64,000 bases of DNA from Candidatus Bathyarchaeota archaeon (GTDB taxonomy: Archaea; Thermoproteota; Bathyarchaeia; Bathyarchaeales; Bathycorpusculaceae): positions 2,496,001-2,560,000 of the forward strand of contig OY970340.1 of the NCBI GenBank assembly GCA_963717465.1, written 5' to 3'. Positions 29,278 through 40,342 of this stretch are shown in pieces. The notes below the pieces were generated by a model. The model was not told where the DNA came from. It worked only from the letters and a program-made list of their open reading frames with translations, and searched no databases. The position numbers and the translations under genes were made by a program. Position 1 is the first letter of the stretch; each line of letters starts with the position of its first letter.

Positions 29278-29766
29278 TTATACGGGTTGTTTAGATGTTT
29301 TTCGGAAAAATGGTGCAAGTTGAGTTTCACAGCCATCCTCAATATATATAGATTCGTTTTCTTTAACCTCGTTTCCAGTAAACTTGCTGTACAGCGCCAT
29401 TGCGACCAGTCCATATGGGCAAGTGACATCTTTCGGATTTAATATTGAATGAACTCGTTTAGCCCAAATGCAGCCATCTACTTTAAAGGTGTAGATATCT
29501 TCAGTAATTTTTTTGAAACTGCAAGCTTTTACAACTTTGGCTCTAACAAGCATGTCGGCAAAATGTGATAATGCTTCCTCTAAGGTCTTGCTCGTGACTA
29601 TGGCAATTCTTTCCTGTTTTTCAAGGTTCAACAGGAAATGGATAGAGGGATTAATAAAAATCTCTGCACTTTCGCCAAGAATTGATTTTGCACTTTTTTG
29701 ATAAGAAAACAAAAGACTATGCATTAATATGTACACATCGACAAGGCTTTCGTTTTCACCTGACAA
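29278..29766 (-). CDS. Hypothetical protein, V4R / methanogen-output-domain-like
   Basis: Spaced Cys pattern GCIWA...TCPYG...GCET. Confidence 0.6.
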   Translation of the reverse strand: MSGENESLVDVYILMHSLLFSYQKSAKSILGESAEIFINPSIHFLLNLEKQERIAIVTSKTLEEALSHFADMLVRAKVVKACSFKKITEDIYTFKVDGCIWAKRVHSILNPKDVTCPYGLVAMALYSKFTGNEVKENESIYIEDGCETQLAPFFRKTSKQPV

Positions 29767-29888
29767 GTTTGTACATCCTGCATTATAGTTTATATAGAGC
29801 GGTTAAAAATTTTTGGGTCTCAGTAAACAATAAAGCCGATTTATCACATTACATAATTTTTTCAATCACCATGCGATGTGCAGTGCAG

Positions 29889-30602
29889 TTATAGTCTTTT
29901 TTTCTGCAGTTTTTCAATGCCACTGGCAGATGCGATAATAGCCATGTCTGTTAAACCGTAAAAAAAGCCTGTTTCGATGACGCCGGGGATACTGTGGAGT
30001 TTTTGGTCCAGTTTTTCCGGGTTTTCAATTAACCCGAATACTGCATCAATAATCATGTTGCCGTTATCTGTTATTGTGGCGCCGAGTTTGCCTTTTCCTT
30101 CGCGAAGAATTGGGTTGCCACCATATTCCCTGATTTTACGTTTAGCAAGAGATACACCAAATGGCAGCACTTCAATAGGCACAGGCTGGTTTTTTTCACC
30201 CAAGACTTTGACTTTTTTGGTTTCATCCGCTATTATGATGTTGCATTTTGAAGCGGCTGCCACAATCTTCTCTCTGAGCATAGCTGCACCCATGCCTTTG
30301 ATAAGCCAAAGTTGAGGTGTAACTTGGTCGGCGCCGTCGATTGTTAAATCAATAAGGGGATGCTCATCCAACGTTGTTAATGGTACACCATATTCGACGG
30401 CTAACTGGAAAGCTTGAAGAGATGACGGGATGCACATAATTTTTAAGTTCTCTTTTTTTATTCTTTCACCTAAAGCTTCAATTGCAAAAGCCGCTGTGCT
30501 CCCGCTGCCTAACCCGACAATAAAGCCATTCTTAACTTGTGAAACTGCTTCGAGCGCTGCTTTCTTTTTTGCTTCTGCGATTAGGTCAGCATTAGCTTTC
30601 AA
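29889..30602 (-). CDS. rpiA: Ribose-5-phosphate isomerase A
   Basis: GLGSGST, IDGADQV, IKGMGAAMLREK, TDNGN, PGVIETG. Confidence 0.96.
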   Translation of the reverse strand: MKANADLIAEAKKKAALEAVSQVKNGFIVGLGSGSTAAFAIEALGERIKKENLKIMCIPSSLQAFQLAVEYGVPLTTLDEHPLIDLTIDGADQVTPQLWLIKGMGAAMLREKIVAAASKCNIIIADETKKVKVLGEKNQPVPIEVLPFGVSLAKRKIREYGGNPILREGKGKLGATITDNGNMIIDAVFGLIENPEKLDQKLHSIPGVIETGFFYGLTDMAIIASASGIEKLQKKRL

Positions 30603-31335
30603 TTTCCATTTGCCCCAGTTTATCTAAAACTTTTTCAACTTCACTTCTTATGGTTTCAATTCTCTTTTCAGCTTCAGTCTTAGCATCAGATCTTTCAACA
30701 GGTGGTTTGCGTTTCTTCTTAGCCTTTTCTTCTGGGCTCTCAGCCTCACCCTCTTGATCCTCATCCAGTTTCTCCACTGGGGCAGCTGGAGCCTGCGGGG
30801 TTGGAATTTTTATAGGCACTTCTTTAATTGGTTGAACATCAATTCTTGACCTTAATTCTTCAACCTTGTAAGTTAATTCACCAAAACGCTCACTGAAAAG
30901 CTTCATCAAGTCTTCCTGCATACTTTCAAGTTCATGCAAGGCAACGATAGATTCATCTTTAGAAATAGATTCTTTTATAGAAGACATTCGCGCTTTATAC
31001 GAGGCAGCTATGCGTTCCCTTTCAACTTCAGAAATCTTACCTTCCGCTTGAGCCTCATACAAACGCCGTAAGGCATCACTTAAAATCTCCCGCTCTAAAT
31101 CCAAAATGCGCAATTCATCCTTAGCACTAGTAGCTGCAGTTGACTGAACGCTTTTTTGGATTCTAAAAGGCAAACCAGTCTGGTCAACTTGGTAATTAGT
31201 GTTAACTTTCCCTTTCGATTTTTGTTTAATAGGCTGTTTTGCTCTAAATACCATGGCGTAAACAATTGCTATAGTGCAACCGACTATCACCGCTAAGACG
31301 ACTGTAACAATTGCTGTGTCATCATACCAAGCCAT
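30592..31335 (-). CDS. Membrane-anchored coiled-coil protein
   Basis: N-terminal TM, coiled coils and a SHOCT-like EGKISE.E motif. Overlaps the rpiA start. Confidence 0.75.
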   Translation of the reverse strand: MAWYDDTAIVTVVLAVIVGCTIAIVYAMVFRAKQPIKQKSKGKVNTNYQVDQTGLPFRIQKSVQSTAATSAKDELRILDLEREILSDALRRLYEAQAEGKISEVERERIAASYKARMSSIKESISKDESIVALHELESMQEDLMKLFSERFGELTYKVEELRSRIDVQPIKEVPIKIPTPQAPAAPVEKLDEDQEGEAESPEEKAKKKRKPPVERSDAKTEAEKRIETIRSEVEKVLDKLGQMEIES

Positions 31336-31734
31336 GCAGAGCTATCCCTTCTATTCTTTTATGTACGATGTATATATAAATTAGTGGCTTGACCCAGAAG
31401 AGGATGAATTGAATTTTTCGACAATAAACGAAGCCAAATATTAAAATGTTATAAGAGAGGCGGCGCGTTTTGAGTAAGATGACAGACGAAATTAAACAAT
31501 ATATATCAAGTTACAGTTATGGTAACGCTTGACTAAATAAACCTAATAATGAATGCTCTCTTAAGGCAAATGATGCAGACACTTGTCCCACAGGTTAAGT
31601 TTTAGATGGGATAATAGATTTTATGTAGGAATATTTTGTCTTTGAGTTGAGTTTAATCTGAATTGTGATTAATGATTTGAATTCGATAAAATAATAATAG
31701 TACATGCGAGCAGTAAGATTCGGAGTTAAATGGG

Positions 31735-32268
31735 ATGGAAATGCTTGAGAATAGACAGTTCATAATTGACCAAAGGCTCTTGTCAGTAAGAAACACCTAC
31801 GTCGTTAAAGATAGGAGTGCACAAGAATTAGGTTTTATCAAACAAGAATTTTTGAGTGTCGGACCTAATTTCTGGCTTGAAGACCTGAGGGGCAATCATT
31901 TAGGTACAATTAACGGAAAAGTTGTCTCGGTTCACGCTGAGTACGATATAAAAGATAAAGAGGGACAATTGAAGGCTAAAGTCAAGAAAAAAATCTTGAA
32001 GCTTTTTGGAAGTGAATGGTGGATGGAGGACCCGCGTGGGCAGGAAATTGCGAGAATAAACGGCAACTTCGTTGAGCACACTTATGACATCTTATCACCT
32101 AGGAGAGAAATTATTGCTAAAGTACATCTTAACTGGGTAACAATTCGGGATGAATACTGCATTGAAATATTTAGTCAAGATTTTGACCCTTTGCTTGTTT
32201 TAGGCTTCGCAGTTGCCATGGACAACATTGAGCACAAAGAACGCGGAAAAGTGAAAATAACAATCTAA
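31735..32268 (+). CDS. LURP-one / scramblase (Tubby C-like) family protein
   Basis: Repeated Y/F-x-I-x-D-x-x-G strands; RDEYCIEI...DPLLVLGFAVAMD. Confidence 0.85.
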   Translation: MEMLENRQFIIDQRLLSVRNTYVVKDRSAQELGFIKQEFLSVGPNFWLEDLRGNHLGTINGKVVSVHAEYDIKDKEGQLKAKVKKKILKLFGSEWWMEDPRGQEIARINGNFVEHTYDILSPRREIIAKVHLNWVTIRDEYCIEIFSQDFDPLLVLGFAVAMDNIEHKERGKVKITI

Positions 32269-32299
32269 AAACTAAGGACTTTAAGAGAAAGCAGCAGGG

Positions 32300-32860
32300 T
32301 TAGAGAGGCAGTATGGCTTTCTTGTACATTGCGTTAACTAACTGAGCAGTCGCAGCATACCAGCAGTAGAACCCAAAGATGAGCGAAAGGCAACCGCCAA
32401 ATGTTAAAGGCAGACTTGAGGATCCAAAGACGCCAATAATCCCTAACGCAATAGAAAGAATTGAAACGCCTTCAACTCCGAACATGACACTCATTGATTT
32501 GGAAACTTTTTGTATTGCGGGAATAAGTAGGAAGAAGATGATTCCAGTGCCCAGTAACCACCATCCGTTCAAAGGCGAAAGTCCATGAATCCACATGGTA
32601 ATAATAAATGCCAGAGATGCCGAAAGTCCCACTAAAGCTCCGAAAACCATTCCAATAGTGCCAAATAGCAAATCGCCTCTACGCAAGTCAATTACTCCAA
32701 GCATAAGCAGAGGCACAGAAACCCCTAAAATCCATACACCGAGAATCGGAGCTGTATCAGGCCCAACTTGACCAGTCATAAACGCGAATATACCCATCAT
32801 TATTGCCCCAACAAGGTATAATGTAGCTACTCCACCTGGAGCCCAGTTTTCTTGAGACAT
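32300..32860 (-). CDS. GPR1/FUN34/SatP-like small-acid transporter
   Basis: Six TMs, N-terminal WAPG and C-terminal WYAATAQLVN....ILPL. Confidence 0.65.
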   Translation of the reverse strand: MSQENWAPGGVATLYLVGAIMMGIFAFMTGQVGPDTAPILGVWILGVSVPLLMLGVIDLRRGDLLFGTIGMVFGALVGLSASLAFIITMWIHGLSPLNGWWLLGTGIIFFLLIPAIQKVSKSMSVMFGVEGVSILSIALGIIGVFGSSSLPLTFGGCLSLIFGFYCWYAATAQLVNAMYKKAILPL

Positions 32861-33101
32861 ACCATTCTCTCCGCAATAGAATCATTTTTTAAAAGGAAAT
32901 ACAGAAGATAATATTTAAGATTTCCCAACTTCCAGCAAATAAAACATAAAACCTGAAAACAAGCTCAAATATGTCTAAAACGTTCTTGCTGAGACCTAGC
33001 TAGCTATAGATGAAACTCTTTCTTACGAATTCAAAATGCCGTTAGAAAAGGCAAAAGAAAAATTATATAACCGCCCAAATTGAATATACGCGCGGTTAAA
33101 C

Positions 33102-33842
33102 ATGGATGATTTACAGAGGCAACTGATGAATTTAGCCAAGAGTTTAGGAGTCGACTACTTCGGAGTGGCAGACCTGTCCAAAGCAAAAGAATTTGTTTTA
33201 GCTCAAGGCGGCGAAGCCATTGCACGGTTTCCCCGCGCTGTTTCAATCGGCATACGTTTAATTGACGGCGTAATTGACGAATTGCCCCGTCATGAGGACT
33301 TAGCAGTTATTTTCACTTACAGAGGACTTTATAATTCAGTAAATACCAACCTTGACAAAGCAACATTATTGCTAGCCAAGAAGATTCAAGAGGCAGGTTT
33401 TAAGGCTTATCCGATTCCCGCAGCACAAAGGATAGACTCAAAGGAACTAAAAGGTGCTTTTTCACACAAGTTAGCGGCGCATCTTGCAGGGTTAGGCTGG
33501 ATCGGAAAAAGTTGTCTACTCATAACACCCGAAAGCGGACCAAGAGTAAGATGGGCAACAATACTAACTAATGCACCATTAAAAAATACTGGAAGCCAAC
33601 TCTCGGACCAGTGCGGCAACTGCAATGAATGCGTAAAAATCTGCCCTGTCACGGCTTTTACGGGGGTAAAATTCAAAGACTCCGATCCCAGAGAGGCAAG
33701 GTTCAACGCTCACAGATGCGCTGAGTATACTCATAAACGAGAATTAAGCTTGGGCGAAGGAATTTGCGGCTTATGCGTATATGCTTGCCCATACGGTAAA
33801 AAAAGAAATATTGACTCAAAATCACAAACAAATGAGAATTAG
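33102..33842 (+). CDS. Epoxyqueuosine reductase-like 4Fe-4S protein
   Basis: SHKLAAHLAGLGWIGKS, GPRVR, CGNCNECVKICP, CGLCVYACP. Confidence 0.85.
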   Translation: MDDLQRQLMNLAKSLGVDYFGVADLSKAKEFVLAQGGEAIARFPRAVSIGIRLIDGVIDELPRHEDLAVIFTYRGLYNSVNTNLDKATLLLAKKIQEAGFKAYPIPAAQRIDSKELKGAFSHKLAAHLAGLGWIGKSCLLITPESGPRVRWATILTNAPLKNTGSQLSDQCGNCNECVKICPVTAFTGVKFKDSDPREARFNAHRCAEYTHKRELSLGEGICGLCVYACPYGKKRNIDSKSQTNEN

Positions 33843-34013
33843 CCCACGCCTTATTCACCATCTCGCAAATATGCGAACGATCGACTAAAGGTCTGATGAG
33901 TTTACGATTAAATTGAGTTACTCATCTGATGCTGTAGAAAAAGCATTTTTTTGAGGATCATTTTTTCATGCGAAATAATTTGACTTTTTCCAGCCCCAAT
34001 CCAAGTTCTTAGC

Positions 34014-34652
34014 TTATTCTCTAAATATTTGTTCGAGCAGACGTCTTTCCGCTTTTCTTCTATGGGCAACCAAAGCTGAACTGTGGATATTTAGTTTCTT
34101 TGACAACTCTTCAGACGTTATCTTTCTTGGAAGGTCATAGTAACCAAATTTGTATGCAACAGACAACACTTGTTTTTGTTTTTCGGTTAGTGTACTGAGT
34201 GGCGTGTCAGACGAGAATCTTGCATCCGTTAGAGAAATTATCTTGAACTGTACCTTTAACTTCTTGATAATTGCGAGAAACTGTCTAATTCCTCTCGGGT
34301 TTCCAAAATATGCTACCCTTAACTTGTCTGAAAGAATTTCAAAGGGGACAAGCAGGTATCCTTCTTTTACTTCCGGCAAATCCTTTTGCAGTTTGCTTTT
34401 CACAAAGACTATGTAGTTTCCGCCTTTTTCCTTTTCGAGGATTTGAAACTCTATGTAAGGATTCTTTATTTGATTATTGTCAGTTATAGTAAGTTCTGGT
34501 CTAAATTCTACTCTAAAAATTCCTGCGATTTCATTTTTGCTTTGTCTGAGAAGATAAATCAGTTCTAGTTTCTTTAATTTTGGAAAATGCCATTTCTCTT
34601 TTCTTATCCGGTTTATCTCATCTATTGATAGCTCAATAATCAATCTTCGCAT
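34014..34652 (-). CDS. HTH_10 (Bat-like) transcriptional regulator
   Basis: LTEKQKQVL..AY..GYYDLPRKIT..ELS..L.I.......HRRKAERRL. Likely start ~34652. Confidence 0.88.
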   Translation of the reverse strand: MRRLIIELSIDEINRIRKEKWHFPKLKKLELIYLLRQSKNEIAGIFRVEFRPELTITDNNQIKNPYIEFQILEKEKGGNYIVFVKSKLQKDLPEVKEGYLLVPFEILSDKLRVAYFGNPRGIRQFLAIIKKLKVQFKIISLTDARFSSDTPLSTLTEKQKQVLSVAYKFGYYDLPRKITSEELSKKLNIHSSALVAHRRKAERRLLEQIFRE

Positions 34653-34768
34653 AAACATGCTTTTCCATGTCAGAAGATATGTTTTTCGGATGAGGCGCAT
34701 ATATACGCTATAAGGCTTATTCTTAACAAGAAAAATATCATTCTTAAAGTAGCGCCGAGGAAAGAAGC

Positions 34769-35536
34769 TTGATTGATTATTCCAACACATTAAGGCAACC
34801 CGTTATCGAAACATCGAACCTTACCAAAATCTATAAAGAAGGAACTATCAAAGCAGTAGATGGCTTAAATCTGAGAATATGCAAAGGAGAAATCTACGCC
34901 TTAATTGGCTCAAATGGATCAGGCAAGACAACGACCATTAATATGCTTACAGGAAGCCTCTTTCCGACTTCCGGCAAGATTCATATTCTCGGCATAGAGG
35001 TTCCAAAACATCGTCGACTTGTTGCTGCTGAAATCGGCGTTGCACCGCAGGAATATGCCCTATATAGTGATTTGACTGTTGAGCAGAACGTTTGGTTTTT
35101 TGCTAAGCTGTACAGCATGCCGCGCTCTTTCTTCTTAAAGAGGCTGGATGAAATTTTGCCGATTCTAAGATTGGATGAACGAAGAAAGACTGCTGTCTCA
35201 AACTTATCTGGAGGAATGAAGCGCAGAGTAAGTATAGCCTGTGCCCTCATTCACGAACCGAAGATTGTGTTTTTTGATGAAGCAACAGTTGGCATTGACC
35301 CAGTGCTTCGCGCATTCTTTTGGGATTATTTCCGCTCATTAGCACAAGCTGGACTAACAATTGTTTTGACTTCACATGTCATGGATGAAGCTGAAAGAGC
35401 AAATAGAATAGGGCTAATGCGTACTGGTAAACTCATTGAAGAAGGAACACCGCAAGAAATCAAGCAAAGACATTCGGTTTCTTCAATAGAAGAGGTCTTT
35501 CTCAAGCTCAGCGGAGGGACAGCAACGGATGAGTAA
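34769..35536 (+). CDS. ABC exporter ATP-binding protein
   Basis: GSNGSGKTT, LSGGMKRR, FFDEAT, SH. Confidence 0.93.
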   Translation: MIDYSNTLRQPVIETSNLTKIYKEGTIKAVDGLNLRICKGEIYALIGSNGSGKTTTINMLTGSLFPTSGKIHILGIEVPKHRRLVAAEIGVAPQEYALYSDLTVEQNVWFFAKLYSMPRSFFLKRLDEILPILRLDERRKTAVSNLSGGMKRRVSIACALIHEPKIVFFDEATVGIDPVLRAFFWDYFRSLAQAGLTIVLTSHVMDEAERANRIGLMRTGKLIEEGTPQEIKQRHSVSSIEEVFLKLSGGTATDE

Positions 35537-36686
35537 AACCAAGAAATTTTCAGTAAGCAGGGTTTTCGCTGTAACTTGGCGGGTTTTGTTACAAGTCTTT
35601 CGCGATAGACGCACATTAGCTTTGATCATTCTTATTCCTGCGATAATCATGATAATATTTGGATTAGTTTTCGGTGGTCAAGTAAAAAATGTGCCTATAT
35701 TAGTTGATAATCAAGATGCAGGCTACCCTATTCATGTTGTAGGACAAAACTCTACGAGCGTTGATTTTGGAAAACAAGTTTTATCCCAACTGCAAACAGA
35801 CGATAGAGTTACGGTTACCGAGGGGAGCTTCGATTCAGGAAAAACAGGTGTAAACGACGGAACATACTATGCTGCAATAGAATTTCCCGCAAACTTTTCC
35901 CAAGTAATAGCCCTCAAAAATTCTGGACAGAACGTTACCGTGCCGATTACAGTGTACATCGATGGAACTAACCCGACAATTCAAGCAGACATCCTTGCTG
36001 CACTTCAAAGTTCTCTTCAAAACACATTTGGCAGCGGAGGCTTCACAATCAATCAGCAATTTGCCTTCGGTGGATTCGCATTCTCAAACTTGGATGTAAG
36101 CATTCCCTCTGTAATCTCTCTTGTGCTAACTCAAACAGTACTTCTAATTTCTCTCATAATTATAGTCAGAGAAACAACTTCAGGAACTCTATCAAGACTT
36201 TACACCATGCCGCTTTCAGGACTTGAAAGACTACTTGGATATGCAATTGCTCTGCTGATCTTAGCGTTGGCGATGACAGGTGTAGTTCTTTTTATAGGCT
36301 TAGTAATTTTTGGAGCAATCGTTCAAGGAAGCTTCATTCTTCTGTTTATGGGGGCAGTCCTCTATGCACTGCTTAACATATTCTTAGCTGTCTTCCTGTC
36401 GAACTTTGCCAAGAACGAGCTTCAAGCGGTTCAAATGGTTCCACTAATCACCCTAACAAGCATGGCTTTAAGCGGGCTGCTGATTCCAGTTGAAAGTTTC
36501 CCAGGATGGGTCCAAGTACTCGCCAAGTTTGTTCCAATGTATTATGCAAACAAGCTGTTTGAGGGCATTATGCTGAAAGGCTATGGAATAAACAACCTTA
36601 TCCCACAATTCACAGTAATCGGCGGAATAACTCTTCTGTTCTTTATTCTATCAATTTTGACTGTGAAAGACAAAATGACCGATTAA
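35529..36686 (+). CDS. ABC-2 type permease
   Basis: RDRRTL, large extracellular loop, RE..SGTL.RL..P, C-terminal TMs. Confidence 0.9.
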   Translation: MSKTKKFSVSRVFAVTWRVLLQVFRDRRTLALIILIPAIIMIIFGLVFGGQVKNVPILVDNQDAGYPIHVVGQNSTSVDFGKQVLSQLQTDDRVTVTEGSFDSGKTGVNDGTYYAAIEFPANFSQVIALKNSGQNVTVPITVYIDGTNPTIQADILAALQSSLQNTFGSGGFTINQQFAFGGFAFSNLDVSIPSVISLVLTQTVLLISLIIIVRETTSGTLSRLYTMPLSGLERLLGYAIALLILALAMTGVVLFIGLVIFGAIVQGSFILLFMGAVLYALLNIFLAVFLSNFAKNELQAVQMVPLITLTSMALSGLLIPVESFPGWVQVLAKFVPMYYANKLFEGIMLKGYGINNLIPQFTVIGGITLLFFILSILTVKDKMTD

Positions 36687-36836
36687 AAAATTATGAAAAG
36701 CGGGATCAATGTTAAGAATAAACCAATTTTCTTCTACACGCCAATACGCAGTATAACGCTATCCTAAAAACCTCATAGAAATAATAGAAAGGTCTGAAAT
36801 TACTTTCTTTTCAAAAGCGAGTTTGTTTCATCTCGG

Positions 36837-37628
36837 CTAGTGCCTGAACAGAGATTCTGGGACCCGCCGATTTGAAATAGTCCAATAGTGCAAAAACAGG
36901 GCTTGTGTCCACTTACACGATAGCTCATCAGTAGCGCAAAAACCGTGATAGTCTAATTTTCCATCAGAACTCAAGAAGCCAAGTGCAGCCACTTCCTTTT
37001 CTGAAAGGCAAATTAACACATTTATTTTTTCCAAGAATTTACTTGCAAATCTTCCTGCTTTCATAGCTGCAGCGTAAATTGGATCATCCATTCGTTCTAG
37101 GGCATCTTTGGGAGGAGTAACATTGTTCGGCAGGATTATTTTAAATTCGACTCCGCGTTTCAACGCCTCTTTGAGGTATGGCAGCGTGCTGACAAGTACT
37201 TGGTCGGATAGAATCCATATGAATTCTTTAGCCTTCTGAATCATGCTTTCAACATTAGAAAACGCAACCATTACGTCATCAACTAATTGGCTATGGCTTA
37301 ACGATGCAATACTGTACGAAAACTCCTTGGGCAAAACAGAGAGAGAATGTGTTACAAAATATTCGCGATTTTTAGAAAGAAAACTGAATCCTGCCAGCAA
37401 ATCCAACGTTTCTTCGCCATAAGTAGTCAAGCGTAGGTTGCCATCAACCCCCTTTGTTATCAGTTTTGCTTCTATAAGCCTTGAAATATTTCGCGAGGTT
37501 TCTTGGACTGTAAAATCAAGCTTCTTGGAAAGATTTGAAAGCCTTTGAGGTTTGTTCTTTAGCTCAAACAGTATGGTAAGCCTGTCTTCCCCGGCAAGCT
37601 CAAACAGAAGGTTCTGTAACTCGGTCAA
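36837..37628 (-). CDS. ArsR-like HTH regulator with C-terminal DUF1724-like domain
   Basis: LFELAGEDRLTIL...QETSRNISRL...LTTYG. Confidence 0.8.
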   Translation of the reverse strand: MTELQNLLFELAGEDRLTILFELKNKPQRLSNLSKKLDFTVQETSRNISRLIEAKLITKGVDGNLRLTTYGEETLDLLAGFSFLSKNREYFVTHSLSVLPKEFSYSIASLSHSQLVDDVMVAFSNVESMIQKAKEFIWILSDQVLVSTLPYLKEALKRGVEFKIILPNNVTPPKDALERMDDPIYAAAMKAGRFASKFLEKINVLICLSEKEVAALGFLSSDGKLDYHGFCATDELSCKWTQALFLHYWTISNRRVPESLFRH

Positions 37629-37806
37629 AATTAAAGCACCGACGTGTTGGATTACGGCATTTCTAATATTTATGACATTTCATAAACAGTTTTAATTTTT
37701 CATAATTACTGTTGAGGATAGTTTATGGCTTATCACAAACATCTACTAAGTGAGGCATTGAAATGGTAAAAGGAATCTCAAAGTCATCAAGCAGGAGGAT
37801 TGGCTG

Positions 37807-38379
37807 ATGAAAGTGCTGGTCTTAAACGGATCAAAGAATGAAAAAAGCGTTGTAAACACAGTTTCTGATTATCTAGTTGATTTTCTGAGAATAAAAAATG
37901 ATGAAGTTGAAGTTATGGTTCTTCGCGGAATGAAAATCGCAAGATGTTTAGGCTGCTTTGGATGCTGGGTAAAAACGCCAGGAAAATGCGTAATCAATGA
38001 TGCTGCAAGTGACTTGCCAAGAAAGATTGTTCAAAGTGACATTTTGTTTTTGTTGACGCCCGTTACCTTCGGCATGTACTCGTCAGAACTTAAAAAAGCC
38101 ATGGACAGATATGCATGCCCACTACTGCTACCCTTTTTCGAAAAAATAAACGGCCAAATTCACCACTCAATTCGATATGAAAAGAACCCGACCATGGTTG
38201 CCATAGGTGTCTTGCCAAGCTTAGATGAAGAAAGCGAAAATACATTCGCAACCTTAGTCAACAGAAACGCTATAAATCTACATACAACAGCTATTTCAAG
38301 CATAGTCTATGACACTGACAAGCCCGATGCAATCAAGCAAAAAGTGTTCTCAACTTTGTCAAAGGCAGGTGTACAATGA
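37807..38379 (+). CDS. Flavodoxin-family (iron-sulfur flavoprotein-like) protein
   Basis: LNGS, CLGCFGCW..TPGKC, TPVTFG.YS..LK...DR. Confidence 0.85.
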   Translation: MKVLVLNGSKNEKSVVNTVSDYLVDFLRIKNDEVEVMVLRGMKIARCLGCFGCWVKTPGKCVINDAASDLPRKIVQSDILFLLTPVTFGMYSSELKKAMDRYACPLLLPFFEKINGQIHHSIRYEKNPTMVAIGVLPSLDEESENTFATLVNRNAINLHTTAISSIVYDTDKPDAIKQKVFSTLSKAGVQ

Positions 38380-39068
38380 TGCAAAAACCAGCTCACGCAA
38401 TTCTATTGGTTGGCAGTCCAAAAGGACCAAACAGTGCATCAAATTCCCTCGGAACTTTCCTGCTCGACAAACTTCACTTGAAAGGATTGACAATCGAAAA
38501 AGCATACATTTGTCAAAATCTTGCGTCTGAAGAGAAAAAACAAAGTCTGCTTCAACTCGTTGACGAATCTGACTTGATTATTCTTGCATTTCCATTGTAC
38601 GTGGACTCTCTGCATTCACAAGTAATTGCGGCACTAGAGTTAATTGCTGAACACGAAAAAGTCAACCGCCAAAAGAGCAAGAAGCTCTTTGTTGCAATTG
38701 CAAACAGCGGCTTTCCCGAGGCAACTCAAAACAATACAGCTCTGACAGTGTGCAGATTATTCGCAAAGCAAGCAGGTTTTGACTGGGCTGGTGGGCTTGC
38801 TATGGGTGGAGGTGGCATGATACAAGGTCTGCCTCTCACTGAACTTGGTGGAAGAGTTCACAACCAAATGAAAGCTTTAGAAATTGCTGCTCAAGTCCTC
38901 GCTGAAGGAGAATCTATCCCTGATAAAGCAGTTGCGTTAATGTCAAAGCTTACTATTCCAAAATGGATGTACATATGGATAGGCAACCGCGGCTGGAAGC
39001 AGGACGCCAAGAAAAATGGTGCTTTAAAGAAAATGTATGATCAACCTTACAAGAGCGCAAATTCATGA
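38376..39068 (+). CDS. NAD(P)H-dependent flavodoxin-like oxidoreductase
   Basis: GSPK...SAS, FPLYVDSL, NSGFPE. Confidence 0.8.
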   Translation: MMQKPAHAILLVGSPKGPNSASNSLGTFLLDKLHLKGLTIEKAYICQNLASEEKKQSLLQLVDESDLIILAFPLYVDSLHSQVIAALELIAEHEKVNRQKSKKLFVAIANSGFPEATQNNTALTVCRLFAKQAGFDWAGGLAMGGGGMIQGLPLTELGGRVHNQMKALEIAAQVLAEGESIPDKAVALMSKLTIPKWMYIWIGNRGWKQDAKKNGALKKMYDQPYKSANS

Positions 39069-39240
39069 GTTACTCAGTAGAGGATAAATCGGTCTTGCTA
39101 AACAGGCTTTCGAAAGTTTCGTAGCTTTTCAGCGCTTACCTAATAAAGTAGCACTGAGCTTCCTCTTTTGCCAGTTAATGATACACGTGCTGAACTATTT
39201 CTTCTAAAAAAATAAAAAAGGGATACTTTGAGGTCCCATT

Positions 39241-39477
39241 TCATCGGCGGTGGTGTTTTAAGAACGTGAGTGTGCAGAGGGAGCCTACAATTCCAATAGC
39301 TAGCAGCCAGTATTGAACTGTTAAGTATGGACCGAGATACGTGTTGATAATCAGCAATGCGGATGCTCCAATAAAAATAATAAATATCATCAAAGCAATG
39401 TTCACTATGCTTCTGGTGATACCGCCACTTTTTTGTTCGCGTATCTCATTGTTTTGGTTAGACATCACGTTTTCCAT
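39241..39477 (-). CDS. Small 2-TM membrane protein
   Basis: Two hydrophobic segments and an AGGGG SD. Confidence 0.6.
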   Translation of the reverse strand: MENVMSNQNNEIREQKSGGITRSIVNIALMIFIIFIGASALLIINTYLGPYLTVQYWLLAIGIVGSLCTLTFLKHHRR

Positions 39478-39862
39478 ACCCCTTTAGCATGTACGTCAGT
39501 ATCAATTTGAAGCCTTTGGCCTCGGTTTCATCATCTGTTGAACTTATATATAAAATCATCGCAAACATATATATATGGCAAATATAATTCTCTCATTTTT
39601 TGATTAAAAATACTTAAAGCAACTAATTTTTAATTGAATTGCAATCTAATTTTAATCAATTAACAAAAATAAAATTGTTAAATTTTCACATTCTGATTCG
39701 ACTCAAGAATTTATATCAAACAAAATTATCTAAAAACGTATCAGCATTTTTTGATAATTTGCCAAAAGAGCAACTTGGATGTGCCATTCATTGCAATAAT
39801 CAAACCATTGGTTCAGCGTGCGTTTCAAAAGATAAATAAGTGTTCAGTTCTCTTATTAGCGA

Positions 39863-40342
39863 TTGATGGTTATGGCTATTCCTGAAGACCTAATGAAAAT
39901 TCTTGGTCCAAGAGAGACTGTTGAAGTTTATATAACGCAAAAGTTTTACTCCGTTAAGATTGACATTGACTCGGTAGTTATTACTAACGAGAGGATAATC
40001 CTGCGACATCCCCACGCGCTCGGTCTAAAAAAAGACTACACTGATTACAACTACACCGACATTGAAAACGTGATTCTTGACAAGGGTATAATGCGTTCAA
40101 CAATCAGATGCACATTCAAACGCGGAGGAGAACCCCTAATACTAAATGACATCCCAAAAGCAGAGGCAGACAAAGCATACGGAATAATAAGAGAAAACAT
40201 AAGCAACATCAGAATGCCCCCTTCAGTCGAAGGAACAATGCCACAGGGAACAATGCAGCAAGCGATATACTGCAGGTTCTGCGGAGCAAAAAACAAACCA
40301 GAAGACACCAAATGCGCTAATTGCGGAGCACTCTTAAAATAA
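39863..40342 (+). CDS. Bacterial-type PH domain protein with C-terminal zinc ribbon
   Basis: VVITNERII, YTDI..V...KG; CRFCG...CANCG. Confidence 0.85.
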   Translation: MMVMAIPEDLMKILGPRETVEVYITQKFYSVKIDIDSVVITNERIILRHPHALGLKKDYTDYNYTDIENVILDKGIMRSTIRCTFKRGGEPLILNDIPKAEADKAYGIIRENISNIRMPPSVEGTMPQGTMQQAIYCRFCGAKNKPEDTKCANCGALLK

